A stretch of DNA of 64,000 nt from Vicinamibacterales bacterium (lineage in GTDB: Bacteria > Acidobacteriota > Vicinamibacteria > Vicinamibacterales > UBA8438). Under the pieces are notes generated by a model. That model did no database searches. It saw only the letters and a program-made list of their open reading frames with translations, and had not been told where the DNA came from. Of the stretch, positions 25,488 to 35,141 are shown one piece after another. Numbering within the stretch: position 1 is the first letter of the stretch; the number at the start of each line of letters is the position of its first letter. The translations under genes were made by a program, and so were the position numbers. The stretch lies in NCBI GenBank assembly GCA_965200475.1, contig CBDAUL010000007.1:370516-434515 (forward strand). Reading direction: 5' to 3'.

Positions 25488-26972
25488 ATGAGGTGGAGGG
25501 TGCGGCTGATCGCGGCCGTAGCGCTGGCGCTGCTGGCCGGCGGCGGGTTGGACGCGGCGGTGGACGCGCGCCTGGTCGACGCCGTCAAGCGGGCCGACGA
25601 GACTGCCGTGCGCGCGTTGCTCGCGGAGCGGGTCGACCCCGACGCGCCCGCGACCGACGGCAGCACGCCGCTCCACTGGGCGGTGCACCGCGACCAGCTC
25701 GGCATCGCCGAGCTGCTGATCCGCGCCGGCGCGCGGCCCACGGCCGCCAACCGCTACGGGGTTCGTCCGCTGTCGCTGGCGTGCGTCAACGGCAACGCCG
25801 CCATGATCGAGCTGCTGCTCGACGCCGGGGCCGATCCGGACACGGTGCTGGCGGAGGGCGAGACCGCGCTGATGACGGCGGCGCGCACCGGGATCGTCGA
25901 GGCCGTCGAGCTGCTGCTGGCGCGCGGCGCCGACGTGAATGCCGCCGAGTCGTGGCGGGGACAGACGGCGCTGATGTGGGCGGCGGCGGAGGGCAACACG
26001 GAGGTCGTCGCGGCGCTGCTCGCCAGCGGCGCGGACGTTGGCGCCGCTTCGCAGAACGGCTTCACGCCGCTGCTGTTCGCCGCACGGGAGGGGCGGTTCG
26101 AGGTGGCCGATCTGCTGCTCGACGCGGGCGCGAGTCTGGACGATTCGCTGTCGATCAACGCCGACCGGACGGCGGGCGGCGTCGAGATGCGGCGGGCATC
26201 CAGCGAGGGTCTCGACGCCTTCCTGCTGGCGGTGGGGAGCGGGCACTTCGAGCTGGCGGCGCGGCTGCTGGAACGGGGGGCCGATCCCAACGCGGCGCCG
26301 CGCGGGTGGACCGCGCTGCACCAGGTGTCGTGGGTGCGCAAGACCGGGGACTCCGGCAGCAACGATCCCGCGCCCGAGGGCTCGGGCGACATGGACAGCC
26401 TCGAGTTCGTTCGCGTGCTGGCGGCGAAGGGCGCGGATCTGAACGCCCGCGTCACGCTGAAGCCGCCCGCCGGGATCACGGTGCTGAACATGATCGGCGG
26501 CACGCCGTTCCTGCTCGCAGCCCGCACCGCGGATGCCGCGCTGATGAGCCTGCTGGCCGAGCTGGGCGCCGATCCCCTGCTCGCGAACGAGGACAACACC
26601 ACGCCGCTGATGGTGGCCGCCGGCGTGGGCACCCAGTCGCCCGGGGAAGACCCCGGCACCGAGCCGGAGGTGCTCGAGGCCGTGAAGGTGGCGCTGGCGC
26701 TGGGCGGTGAGCTGGACGCCGTGGACGACAACGGCGAGACCGCCATGCACGGGGCCGCCTACAAGCACCTGCCCGGCGTGGTGACCTTCCTGGCCGACCA
26801 GGGCGCGCGGGTCGAGGTCTGGAATCGGGAGAACGCCAGGGGCTGGACCCCGTGGCGGATCGTGGCGGGCGTCCAGCGCGGAGCCAACATCGTCAGCTCG
26901 CCCGAGACGGAGGCGGCGGTGCGCGCCGTGATGGCGCGCGCCGGCGTCGCGCCGCCCGACCACCTGCCCTGA
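25488..26972 (+). CDS. Secreted ankyrin-repeat protein (about 10 repeats)
   Basis: Signal peptide, then repeated G.TPLH.A......ELLL..GADPN units (e.g. DGSTPLHWAVHRDQLGIAELLIRAGARP and GQTALMWAAAEGNTEVVAALLASGADV). Confidence 0.85.
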   Translation: MRWRVRLIAAVALALLAGGGLDAAVDARLVDAVKRADETAVRALLAERVDPDAPATDGSTPLHWAVHRDQLGIAELLIRAGARPTAANRYGVRPLSLACVNGNAAMIELLLDAGADPDTVLAEGETALMTAARTGIVEAVELLLARGADVNAAESWRGQTALMWAAAEGNTEVVAALLASGADVGAASQNGFTPLLFAAREGRFEVADLLLDAGASLDDSLSINADRTAGGVEMRRASSEGLDAFLLAVGSGHFELAARLLERGADPNAAPRGWTALHQVSWVRKTGDSGSNDPAPEGSGDMDSLEFVRVLAAKGADLNARVTLKPPAGITVLNMIGGTPFLLAARTADAALMSLLAELGADPLLANEDNTTPLMVAAGVGTQSPGEDPGTEPEVLEAVKVALALGGELDAVDDNGETAMHGAAYKHLPGVVTFLADQGARVEVWNRENARGWTPWRIVAGVQRGANIVSSPETEAAVRAVMARAGVAPPDHLP

Positions 26973-27008
26973 CGCCGGGCGGCGTCGATTGCCGGGCTAT
27001 AGTGCCGC

Positions 27009-27764
27009 ATGCCGGCGCCGCGCATCCTCCTGATCTTCGCGCATCCGGACGACGAGAGCTTCATTGCCGGGGGGCTGGTCCGCCGTCATGCCGACCGGGG
27101 CGCCGAGACCGCGCTCGTGACGGCCACGCGCGGCGACGCTGGCCGCGTCGGAGAGCCGCCGCTGTGCCGCCGGGAGGAGCTGCCGGCGGTGCGCGAGGCC
27201 GAGTTGCGGCGGGCTGCGGACATCCTCGGCATCGCGGACGTGCACCTGCTCGACTATCGCGACAAGCACCTCGCGGAGGCGCCGGCCGCCGACATGCGCG
27301 AGGCGCTGGTGCGGCGCATCCGCGAGCACCGGCCGCACGTGGTGATCAGCTTCGATCCCGCCGGGATGAACGGCCATGCCGACCATGTGGCCATCGCGGG
27401 CTTCGCGGTCGATGCCGTCGCGGCGGCGGCCGATTCGCGCTGGTCCGGCGGGGCGGGCCGACCCTACCGCGTGCCGCGCCTGCTCTGGAACGCGCCGCTC
27501 CCGCCGTGGGAGGTGACGCGGCCGCGCAGCCTGGGCAGGGAGCCGGGCGTCGACTTCGTGATCGACGTTGCGGCGCAGCGGGCGGCGAAGGCGGCCGCGC
27601 TGCGGGCGCATCGCACGCAGCAGGTGCCCATCGACCGCTGCTTCTTCAGCAAGCCGGACGTCGATCGGATCCTGAGCGTCGAGGCGTTCAGGCAGGCGTG
27701 GGGTCCGGCTCTGCCGTGCGTCCCCGCGGACGACGTGCTGGCCGGCATCGATCTGTCGGAGTGA
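27009..27764 (+). CDS. PIG-L/LmbE family N-acetylglucosaminyl deacetylase
   Basis: ILLIFAHPDDESFIAGG (the AHPDDE zinc motif), GMNGHADHVAIA, and AALRAHRTQ. Confidence 0.85.
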   Translation: MPAPRILLIFAHPDDESFIAGGLVRRHADRGAETALVTATRGDAGRVGEPPLCRREELPAVREAELRRAADILGIADVHLLDYRDKHLAEAPAADMREALVRRIREHRPHVVISFDPAGMNGHADHVAIAGFAVDAVAAAADSRWSGGAGRPYRVPRLLWNAPLPPWEVTRPRSLGREPGVDFVIDVAAQRAAKAAALRAHRTQQVPIDRCFFSKPDVDRILSVEAFRQAWGPALPCVPADDVLAGIDLSE

Positions 27765-27766
27765 CG

Positions 27767-27862
27767 ACATGCACTATCGCCCTCATCGCCATCTTCGGGC
27801 TGCTCGTCCACGGGCAGAAGCTGGATGGCCCCGCGGTCGCGGGCATGGGGCTGATTGCACTG
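27767..27862 (+). pseudogene. Remnant of the last transmembrane helix of an SMR (EmrE/SugE-type) transporter
   Basis: The 32 codons TCTIALIAIFGLLVHGQKLDGPAVAGMGLIAL resemble EmrE TM4 (GIVLISLLSWGFFGQRLDLPAIIGMMLI, recalled from memory). There is no upstream remainder and no start codon. Confidence 0.3.
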
Positions 27863-27991
27863 AGGCGCGCCCGTTGCGGACAGGGCTGGATGGCCCGGAC
27901 GACGCACCGGGACGCCGGGTCAAGGGGGGATGCGCCGCGGTATGATCTGCCGGACACTCGGGCGGCGGCAGGTCGCGGCGGGAGGAGAGGT

Positions 27992-28942
27992 GTGAGGACA
28001 GGCCCGTGTGCCGTGCTGGCGGGCGGCCTGCTGGCGCTGGCCCCCGGATGGGCGGCGGCGCAGCCGGCGGAATCCGCGGACATGCCGCGCACATCCTGGG
28101 ACCGGCCCGACCTGGGCGGCGTGTGGGTCAACGGCAGCACCACGCCGCTGGAGCGTCCGGAATCGTTTGGCGATCGGGAATTCCTGAGGGCAGGCGAGGC
28201 AGAGGAGCTGCCGCGGCAGTTGTTCACGGACCGGCTCGGACCGCTCACCCCGCAGGAGCGTGCGCTGTCGGTCGAGGGCGGCCCGGCGCGGGCCGGGGGC
28301 GGGCCGCTGAGCCGGCGGACGTCGCTCGTCACGGGGCCGACCGGCAGGATCCCGCCGTTCACGCCGGCGGCGCAGGAGCGCCTGGCCGACGGCCTCAACC
28401 AGTTCATCACCGAGCGGGCCGACTCGCACGAGGACCGGGGCTACAGCGAGCGCTGCCTGCGCTTCGTCAGCGGCGGGCCGCCGATGATGGCGTTCGGGGT
28501 CGCGAACGTCCACCACATCTTCCAGACTCCGGACCTGGTCGCGTTCCTCCACGAGGAGGGCCACGTCGTGCGCATCATCCACCTCGACGCGCGGCCGCGC
28601 ATCGACGCCCGCATCAGGCTCTGGAGCGGCGACTCGCGGGGCCGCTGGGAGGGCGACACCCTGGTCGTCGAGACGACGAACTTCAACGGCATCGACGGGT
28701 TCCGGGGATCGGGCCCGGGACTGCACCTCATCGAGCGGCTGACCCGCGTCGACGACGAGACGATCCTGTACGAATTCACGGTCGATGACCCGGAGACGTG
28801 GACGGAGCCGTGGTCGGTCGAGATGCCCCTGCTGGTGTCGGCGGGGCGGCTCTACGAGCACGCGTGCCACGAAGGCAACTACAGCCTGGTGAACATTCTG
28901 CGCGGCGCCCGGGTGCAGGAGCGCGAGGCGGGGGCCCGCTGA
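27992..28942 (+). CDS. Secreted protein of an uncharacterised family with a C-terminal ACHEGNY motif (paralog 1 of 5)
   Basis: GTG at 27992 after GGAGGAGAGG. Signal peptide. Shared blocks WDRPDLGGVWVN..TTPLERP, TSLVTGPTGRIPP, IFQTPDLVA, ARIRLWSGDSRGRWEGDTLVVETTNF, LIERLTRVDD and LYEHACHEGNYSLVNILRGAR. Confidence 0.8.
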   Translation: MRTGPCAVLAGGLLALAPGWAAAQPAESADMPRTSWDRPDLGGVWVNGSTTPLERPESFGDREFLRAGEAEELPRQLFTDRLGPLTPQERALSVEGGPARAGGGPLSRRTSLVTGPTGRIPPFTPAAQERLADGLNQFITERADSHEDRGYSERCLRFVSGGPPMMAFGVANVHHIFQTPDLVAFLHEEGHVVRIIHLDARPRIDARIRLWSGDSRGRWEGDTLVVETTNFNGIDGFRGSGPGLHLIERLTRVDDETILYEFTVDDPETWTEPWSVEMPLLVSAGRLYEHACHEGNYSLVNILRGARVQEREAGAR

Positions 28943-28976
28943 AGCCTGGGCGGGGATTCGGACCACGGGAGGCGCG

Positions 28977-30767
28977 ATGGGGATTGGCGCGTGCATCCGC
29001 GCACGTGCGTCGCGCGTCGTGCTGCTCGCCGCGATGATCGCTTTCGCGGCCGCATGCGGGCAGCCGGAGGTCGGGACGGCGCCGCCGGTCGCCGCGCTCG
29101 ACCCGGACGTTCCCGTGACCGTCACGGGCGGCGAGGTGCGCGGCGCGGCCGCCGACGGCAACCCGGGCATCGTCGCGTTCCGGGGCGTGCCCTATGCCGC
29201 ACCCCCGGTCGGCGATCTCCGCTGGAGGCCGCCGCAACCGGTGGTCGCGTGGGACGGGGTCCGGGATGCCGCCGCGCCGGGCCCGATCTGCATGCAGACC
29301 GGCCCGGCCTGGGTGCGCGCGCCGGACGCGGGCGAGGATGACGCGGAGAGCGAGGATTGCCTCTTCCTCAACATCTGGGCGCCGCGGAAGAGCCGGGAGC
29401 CGCGCCCCGTGATGGTGTGGATCCATGGCGGCGGCTTCTTCAACGGCGCCGGGTCGCTCCCGATCTACGACGGCACCCGCATCGCGGAGCGCGGCGTCGT
29501 GCTCGTGAGCATCAACTACCGGCTCAACGTCTTCGGCTTCTTCGCGCATCCCGCCCTGTCCGCCGAATCGCCGCACGGCGCGTCGGGTAACTACGGTCTG
29601 ATGGACATGGTGGCCGCGCTCGAGTGGGTGCGGGACAACATCGAGACGTTCGGCGGCGACCCGCGGCGGGTCACGATATTCGGGGAATCGGCCGGCGGCG
29701 GCGCGGTGATGGCGCTGCTGCTGGTCCCGCAGTCCAGGGACCTGTTCCACCGCGCCATCTCCGAGAGCACGTGGGTGTACGGGTGGGACCGGGAGTTGCG
29801 CGAGGGTGCCGGCGATTCGGTCACGGCCGAAGCCCAGGGCCTGCAGATTGCCGACTGGCTCGGTGCGTCCGGTGCCTCGGCCCTGACCACGCTGCGCGCC
29901 GCGACGGCCCGCGAGGTGCAGGCGGCGGCCAACGCCGATGCAGGCAGCCTGCTCATGCGGACCGGGTACATCTGGGCGCCGAACGTGGACGGCTGGATGG
30001 TGCCGAGCGACCCGCTCGGCATGTATGACGCGGGGCTTCAGCACGACGTACCGCTGATCACGGGCATGAACGCCGACGAGGGCGTGTCGGTCGCCCGCCG
30101 CGCGAACGTGGAGGACCGCGAGGCGTTCGAAGCGCACGTGCGGACCGTCTACCCCGGCGTCGCGGACGAGCTGATCACCCACTACGGCGTCGACTCGCCG
30201 GAGGCGGCGAGGTCGCAGATGGCCCACCTGGTTCACGACATGTCGTTCGCGGGCCCGGTGCGCGTGCAGGCCGAGGCCCACGCGAAGGTCTCGGCGCCGG
30301 TCTGGCTGTACCACTTCACGCGCGTGCCGCCCACCGCCCTGGGCGCCGCCGTGGGAGGTGCCTACCACGGCGGCGAGCTCGTGTACGTGTTCGGCACGAT
30401 GGCCGCCGGGCCGGGGCCGCCGGGAGCACGTCCCCACCCGATGGCGGTCCACGGCGACTGGACCGGGACCGACCGGCAGCTCTCGCAGACCATGATCGCC
30501 TACTGGACGCAGTTCGCCGCCACCGGCAATCCGAATCGGGACGATCTGCCGCCGTGGCCGGCATTCGATCCGCCCGCCGCGATGCACCTCGACCTCGGCG
30601 AGACCGTGGTCGCCGGCCAAGGGTTGCACGAGGCGGCCGGCCGGTTGTTCAGGCGCTTCGCGGCGAGCCGCCGGGCCGGGACCTGGCCCGCAGGCCCCGC
30701 ATTGACCTCGGTCTCGCTGACGCATGCGGACCGAACTGGCTCAGCCCGAACTGGACCCGCCTGCTAA
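28977..30767 (+). CDS. Carboxylesterase type B, lipoprotein (second copy)
   Basis: Lipobox AFAAACGQ. Motifs FRGVPYAAPPVGDLRWRPP, EDCLFLNIW, FGESAGGG and GGAYHGGELVYVF. The ~35-aa C-terminal tail looks like read-through beyond the position where the paralog at 12931 ends. Confidence 0.85.
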   Translation: MGIGACIRARASRVVLLAAMIAFAAACGQPEVGTAPPVAALDPDVPVTVTGGEVRGAAADGNPGIVAFRGVPYAAPPVGDLRWRPPQPVVAWDGVRDAAAPGPICMQTGPAWVRAPDAGEDDAESEDCLFLNIWAPRKSREPRPVMVWIHGGGFFNGAGSLPIYDGTRIAERGVVLVSINYRLNVFGFFAHPALSAESPHGASGNYGLMDMVAALEWVRDNIETFGGDPRRVTIFGESAGGGAVMALLLVPQSRDLFHRAISESTWVYGWDRELREGAGDSVTAEAQGLQIADWLGASGASALTTLRAATAREVQAAANADAGSLLMRTGYIWAPNVDGWMVPSDPLGMYDAGLQHDVPLITGMNADEGVSVARRANVEDREAFEAHVRTVYPGVADELITHYGVDSPEAARSQMAHLVHDMSFAGPVRVQAEAHAKVSAPVWLYHFTRVPPTALGAAVGGAYHGGELVYVFGTMAAGPGPPGARPHPMAVHGDWTGTDRQLSQTMIAYWTQFAATGNPNRDDLPPWPAFDPPAAMHLDLGETVVAGQGLHEAAGRLFRRFAASRRAGTWPAGPALTSVSLTHADRTGSARTGPAC

Positions 30768-30837
30768 GCTGTGCCTAGCGTTGCGCGGCGCCGGACGGGT
30801 CCGGTGGATTTTGTCGGCGGCAGCGGCGCGGCGCGCA

Positions 30838-30880
30838 GGGGTCCCCGCAAGCGGACGCCGGGGGCTCGGGGCGCAGCCCC
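30838..30880. repeat. 43-nt repeat, copy 2
   Basis: GGGGTCCCCGCAAGCGGACGCCGGGGGCTCGGGGCGCAGCCCC, with one mismatch to 14571..14613. It lies between carboxylesterase 2 and the RBS of ACHEGNY paralog 2. Confidence 0.85.
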
Positions 30881-30901
30881 GTCTGAAGGAGGAGGAGTGC
30901 G

Positions 30902-31867
30902 ATGACACGTGCGATTGCAGCGTTGGCGGGTGTTCTGCTGGTGCTCGCGCCAGCCGCGGCGGCGGCGCAGGGCGACGGGGAGACGTGGCGGACCGCATGG
31001 GGCGACCCCGACCTGCAGGGTACGTGGACGAACACCACCACGACGCCGATGGAGCGTCCGAGCGAGTACGAGGGGCGGACGGCGCTGACCGACGAGGAGC
31101 GCGCCGAGCTGGACGCGCTGGCCGCGAGCCGCCGGGATCGCGAGCCGCCGCCCGGCAGCACCGGCGCGTACAACAGCTTCTGGGTCGAGAGCGGGCAACG
31201 CTCCAGCCAGACCTCGCTCGTGATCGATCCGCCCGACGGCCAGCTTCCCGCCCTGACCGACCGGGTGCGCGAGCGGGACGCCGCGGTGGCCGCGTCGCGC
31301 AACGCCGCGCCCGACTCGTACACCGACCTGAACCTCTACGATCGGTGCATCACGCGCGGCCTGCCGGGCGCGATGATTCCCGGCTTCTACAACCACAACT
31401 ACCAGATCTTCCAGACGCCCGACCACGTCGTGATCCTGGTCGAGATGATCCACGACGCACGCATCATCCCGCTGGACGGTCGGGCGCCCGCGCCCGGGGG
31501 CCTTGGCCAGTGGCTGGGCCATTCGCGCGCCCGCTGGGAGGGCGAGACCCTGGTGGTCGAGACCACCAGCTTCAGCCCCGGGGCAGACGAGCGGGCGGTC
31601 AGCGGGCGGCTGCACCTCGTGCTGGCCGCGGGCGAGCAGCTCCACCTCGTCGAGCGCTTCACGCGCGTGGACGCCGACACCATCGACTACCGGTTCACCG
31701 TCAACGACCCGCAGACGTACGCGCAGCCGTGGACGGCGTCCATCCCGATGAGCCGCATCGACGGGCCGCTGTTCGAGTACGCCTGCCACGAGGGCAACTA
31801 CGGCCTGGAAAACATCCTGCGCGGCGCGCGCAACCAGGAGCGGGCCGCCGCGGCGGGCGGGAGGTAG
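30902..31867 (+). CDS. ACHEGNY-motif secreted protein (paralog 2)
   Basis: ATG after GGAGGAGGAG. Blocks WGDPDLQGTWTNTTTTPMERP, TSLVIDPPDGQLP, IFQTPDHVVILVEMIHDARIIPLDG, RWEGETLVVETTSF and LFEYACHEGNYGLENILRGAR. Confidence 0.85.
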   Translation: MTRAIAALAGVLLVLAPAAAAAQGDGETWRTAWGDPDLQGTWTNTTTTPMERPSEYEGRTALTDEERAELDALAASRRDREPPPGSTGAYNSFWVESGQRSSQTSLVIDPPDGQLPALTDRVRERDAAVAASRNAAPDSYTDLNLYDRCITRGLPGAMIPGFYNHNYQIFQTPDHVVILVEMIHDARIIPLDGRAPAPGGLGQWLGHSRARWEGETLVVETTSFSPGADERAVSGRLHLVLAAGEQLHLVERFTRVDADTIDYRFTVNDPQTYAQPWTASIPMSRIDGPLFEYACHEGNYGLENILRGARNQERAAAAGGR

Positions 31868-31956
31868 GATCCCGCGCGGCACGCGGCGGTCGCCGGTGTA
31901 AACCCGGCGCGAACGCCGTGCGGGGCGGACCCTCTCGGTAGCTTGGAGACGTATCG

Positions 31957-32901
31957 ATGCGTCGCATCTCTCTTGTGCTGCTCGTCTTGTTCTGCCCGCT
32001 CCCGGGCGCGGCCCAGCCGCCGGAAGCGGTCGACATACCGCGCACGCCGTGGGGCCGGCCGGCCCTCACCGGTGTGTGGACCAACTCGAGCCTGACGCCG
32101 CTCGAACGCCCGGACGAGTACGGCGACCGGGAGCTCCACACGGCGGACGAGCTGGTCGAGCTGCAGCGGACCGCCGTCCAGCGGCGCATCGACGCGCTCC
32201 GCGGGCCGGAAGCCATCCTGGCCGTCGAGTTCAGCGAGATCTGGATGGAGCCGGGAGCGCTGAGCGGGCGGACCTCGCTGATCACGGGACCGACCGGGAA
32301 GATTCCGCCCTACACGCCCGAGGCGGAAGAACGGCTGGCCGACGGTCTCCGGCAGCCGATGACCCAGCGGGCCGACTCGCACGACGATCGGGGCTACAGC
32401 GAGCGCTGCCTGCGCTTCGTCACCGGCGGCCCGCCGATGATGGCGTTCCCGTTCGCCCCCCTGGTTCAGATCGTTCAGACCCCGGACCACGTGGTGATCC
32501 AGACCGAGGAGAACCACGAGACCCGGATCGTGCACCTCGACGATCGACCCCACGTGGACCCGCGGATACGGCTCTGGCGCGGCGACTCCCGGGGACGCTG
32601 GGAGGGCGACACCCTGGTGATCGAGACCACGAACTTCAACGGCACGGGCGGGTTCCGGAACTCCGGTCCCGAGCTGCACCTCACCGAACGTCTGACGCGG
32701 GTGGACGCCGACACCATCCTGTACGGCTTCACGGCTGACGATCCGGGGACCTGGACCGAGCCGTGGTCGGCCGAGATGCCGTTACGGGTGTCTCCGGCGC
32801 CGACCTACGAACACGCCTGCCACGAGGGCAACTACACCCTGCCGCTCGTCCTGAGCGGCGCCCGCGCGCAGGAGCGCCGGGCGGAGGAGGGGGCGAGGTA
32901 G
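31957..32901 (+). CDS. ACHEGNY-motif secreted protein (paralog 3)
   Basis: Blocks WGRPALTGVWTNSSLTPLERP, TSLITGPTGKIPP, IVQTPDHVVIQ, RWEGDTLVIETTNF and TYEHACHEGNYTLPLVLSGAR. Closest to paralog 1. Confidence 0.85.
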   Translation: MRRISLVLLVLFCPLPGAAQPPEAVDIPRTPWGRPALTGVWTNSSLTPLERPDEYGDRELHTADELVELQRTAVQRRIDALRGPEAILAVEFSEIWMEPGALSGRTSLITGPTGKIPPYTPEAEERLADGLRQPMTQRADSHDDRGYSERCLRFVTGGPPMMAFPFAPLVQIVQTPDHVVIQTEENHETRIVHLDDRPHVDPRIRLWRGDSRGRWEGDTLVIETTNFNGTGGFRNSGPELHLTERLTRVDADTILYGFTADDPGTWTEPWSAEMPLRVSPAPTYEHACHEGNYTLPLVLSGARAQERRAEEGAR

Positions 32902-33877
32902 TCGCCTGGACCGAGGCGGCGGTATCGACCCGGAATCCTCTGCTGCGCCACCCGGGCTTCGCTGCTCGGGACGCCCGGAAACGGCAACGTAATGTCCGTC
33001 AGCATCCAGGATGTGTCTGTGCTCCACCGCGTCGCGTTGCCCGGCCAGGCAGCCTGCCACGTGCGGCCGCGTGCGAGAACCGCTCGCCGCGAGGGCTTCG
33101 GCAGCGCCTGCCCGAGGGTGGCTTGCGATCTTTTTTCGCCCCGCATGCATTTTTCTGTTGACAGCCCGTTTCGAGGCCGGCGGCCCAGGATGCGGACTGA
33201 CGTGAGACATGCCGCTCGGACGACCCTGGCCGGCCGCTGGGGGGGCTGCCGGCGTCCGGGAAGACAACGCAGCCGCACCGCGGCCCGATCGGTCCGCCTG
33301 AGGCCGTACAAGCCGTTGAAAAACAGGGGGTTATGATGGAGTCATGGTGCGTCGTGACGATGCGGACGGGAAGCCGCCCGTATCACGCTGTTCTTCTCCA
33401 GCGGGTGCAAGTCCCGTCTCGGTAAGCGCCGGAGCGCCGAGTAGCAGACCCCAGGCACGGCCGGAGACGGCCGTGGCCCGAGCGGGGTGTCAAGAGCCTC
33501 TTCGGAGGGAGCAAGTCCGCGGGCCGCAACATGAAGTGAAGCCTGCAGCCTCGACACATCTACAGTCCGAGAGCCGAGCCGCTCATGTCACGGCGAAGGC
33601 CATGTCTCCCGCGCCCCGGTCCGGCGGCGCACGTGCGGGAGGTCTCGGCGGGGTAGGGGGCGCAGCACGCGGACACGGAGGGGGACGGAACACGAGAGGC
33701 CCGTCTGCGCGGCCCGGGTCGGGGCAACGCGGTCCGCATAAGCCGAAGGTGAAAGCGGGCACGGCGCAGCGGGAGTCCGAGGGGGCCATAGTACCGGTGA
33801 GGGCCGTGCAGCAGAACGCGGCCGGAGGGAAGGGCCCCTGCGGTGGGCACGGCGTTGGCGCGAGGACGCGCGAGGGC

Positions 33878-34676
33878 ATGATCGGCGAGACCGGACCCAA
33901 CTCCCCCGAGAGGCGTGCGCCTCTCGACAAAGTGCGCCAATTGCAACGACGCCTGTGGGCCGCGGCCAAGCGGTCCCCGGAACGGCGCTTCCACGCCCTG
34001 ATGGACCGGATTTGGAGGGATGACGTCCTCTGGGAGGCGTGGCGGCGGGTGCAGCGGAATCGTGGCTCTGCCGGGGTCGACAGGGAGACACTGGCGGAGA
34101 TTGAGCAGCGCGGTGTCGACGCGTTCCTCGCGGAACTCGGCGCGGCGCGACGGGCGGGGACGTATCGGCCGCAGCCGGTCCTGCGGCACTACATCCCCAA
34201 GGCCGATGGCCGACGGCGACCGCTCGGGATACCGACGGTCCGCGACCGGGTGGCGCAGATGGCCGCGACGCTGGTGTTGAGCCCCATCTTCGAGGCGGAC
34301 TTCCGGTCCTCGTCGTACGGGTTTCGACCGAAGCGGAGCGCGACGCAGGCGCTGGAGTTCCTTCGCGTCCGCGGGGCGCGTGGGGGCAACCACGTGCTGG
34401 ACGCAGACATCTGCGACTACTTCAGCCGCATCGACCGAACGAAGCTGCTGACGCTGGTTCGCCAGCGCGTTTCGGACCGGCGTGTCCTTCGGCTGCTGCG
34501 GATGTGGCTCGCGGCGGGGGTGATGGAGGAGGGGCAGGTGCATCGCACCCTGGCGGGGACTCCGCAGGGGGGTGTCATCTCGCCGCTGCTGTCGAACATC
34601 TACCTGCACGTGCTCGACCGGGTCTGGGAGGACCGGTGGGCGCACCTCGGTACGCTGGTGCGTTACGCGGACGACT
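33878..34676 (+). CDS. Outer-intron reverse transcriptase/maturase, 5' portion (RT domains 0-5, ending at YADD)
   Basis: [46 protein letters not shown]...[10 protein letters not shown]...[17 protein letters not shown]...[10 protein letters not shown]...[21 protein letters not shown]...LVRYADD. RT similarity ends abruptly after codon D at 34675. Confidence 0.8.
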
Positions 34677-35141
34677 GTGCGCCACGAAGGCGCAGAAAGG
34701 AGGCCGCGATGGCCGCCTAGCTGCAGCCATGCTGCACGAGGGATGAGGGCAGGCCCCTCGGAGCCGCCCGGCAGGGGGAGGCTCCAAACCGCCGTGCGCT
34801 GCCTCGGTCAAGAGCCGAGGTGGTAAGCGTCACGGAAACGGCGCGGCGCGACCGCGTCAGGTAGGGTGCAGGGAGACGAAGTGAATGAACCACCGGCAAC
34901 GTGTCGAAAGCGTAGGGACGGTGTCGAAACCGGGGCGAGTCGTTAACCCGGGACAGGTCCAGCGGGAGCCTGCAGCTTGGCTGGTCGGCACCCGGCATAA
35001 AGGTGGCGTGACCCTGCACCAGGCCCTTGTGTGGAACGTGGGAACCTGTCGCCTCGATGTGAAGGGAGAAATCCAAGGGGCCGACCCCCGAGGATGAGAA
35101 GCCCGATGCGAGGCACAGGGGCGGAGCGACCCGTACGAGCG

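Noticed and set aside
32902-33346. A tRNA gene or att site at the left border of the island (and likewise at 40409..40476), plus a TTGACA hexamer at 33158..33163 as a promoter.
   Set aside because: I could find no cloverleaf-compatible sequence or T-loop motif (GTTCGAATC-like). There are no direct repeats shared by the two borders. The TTGACA has no plausible -10 box 16-19 nt downstream.
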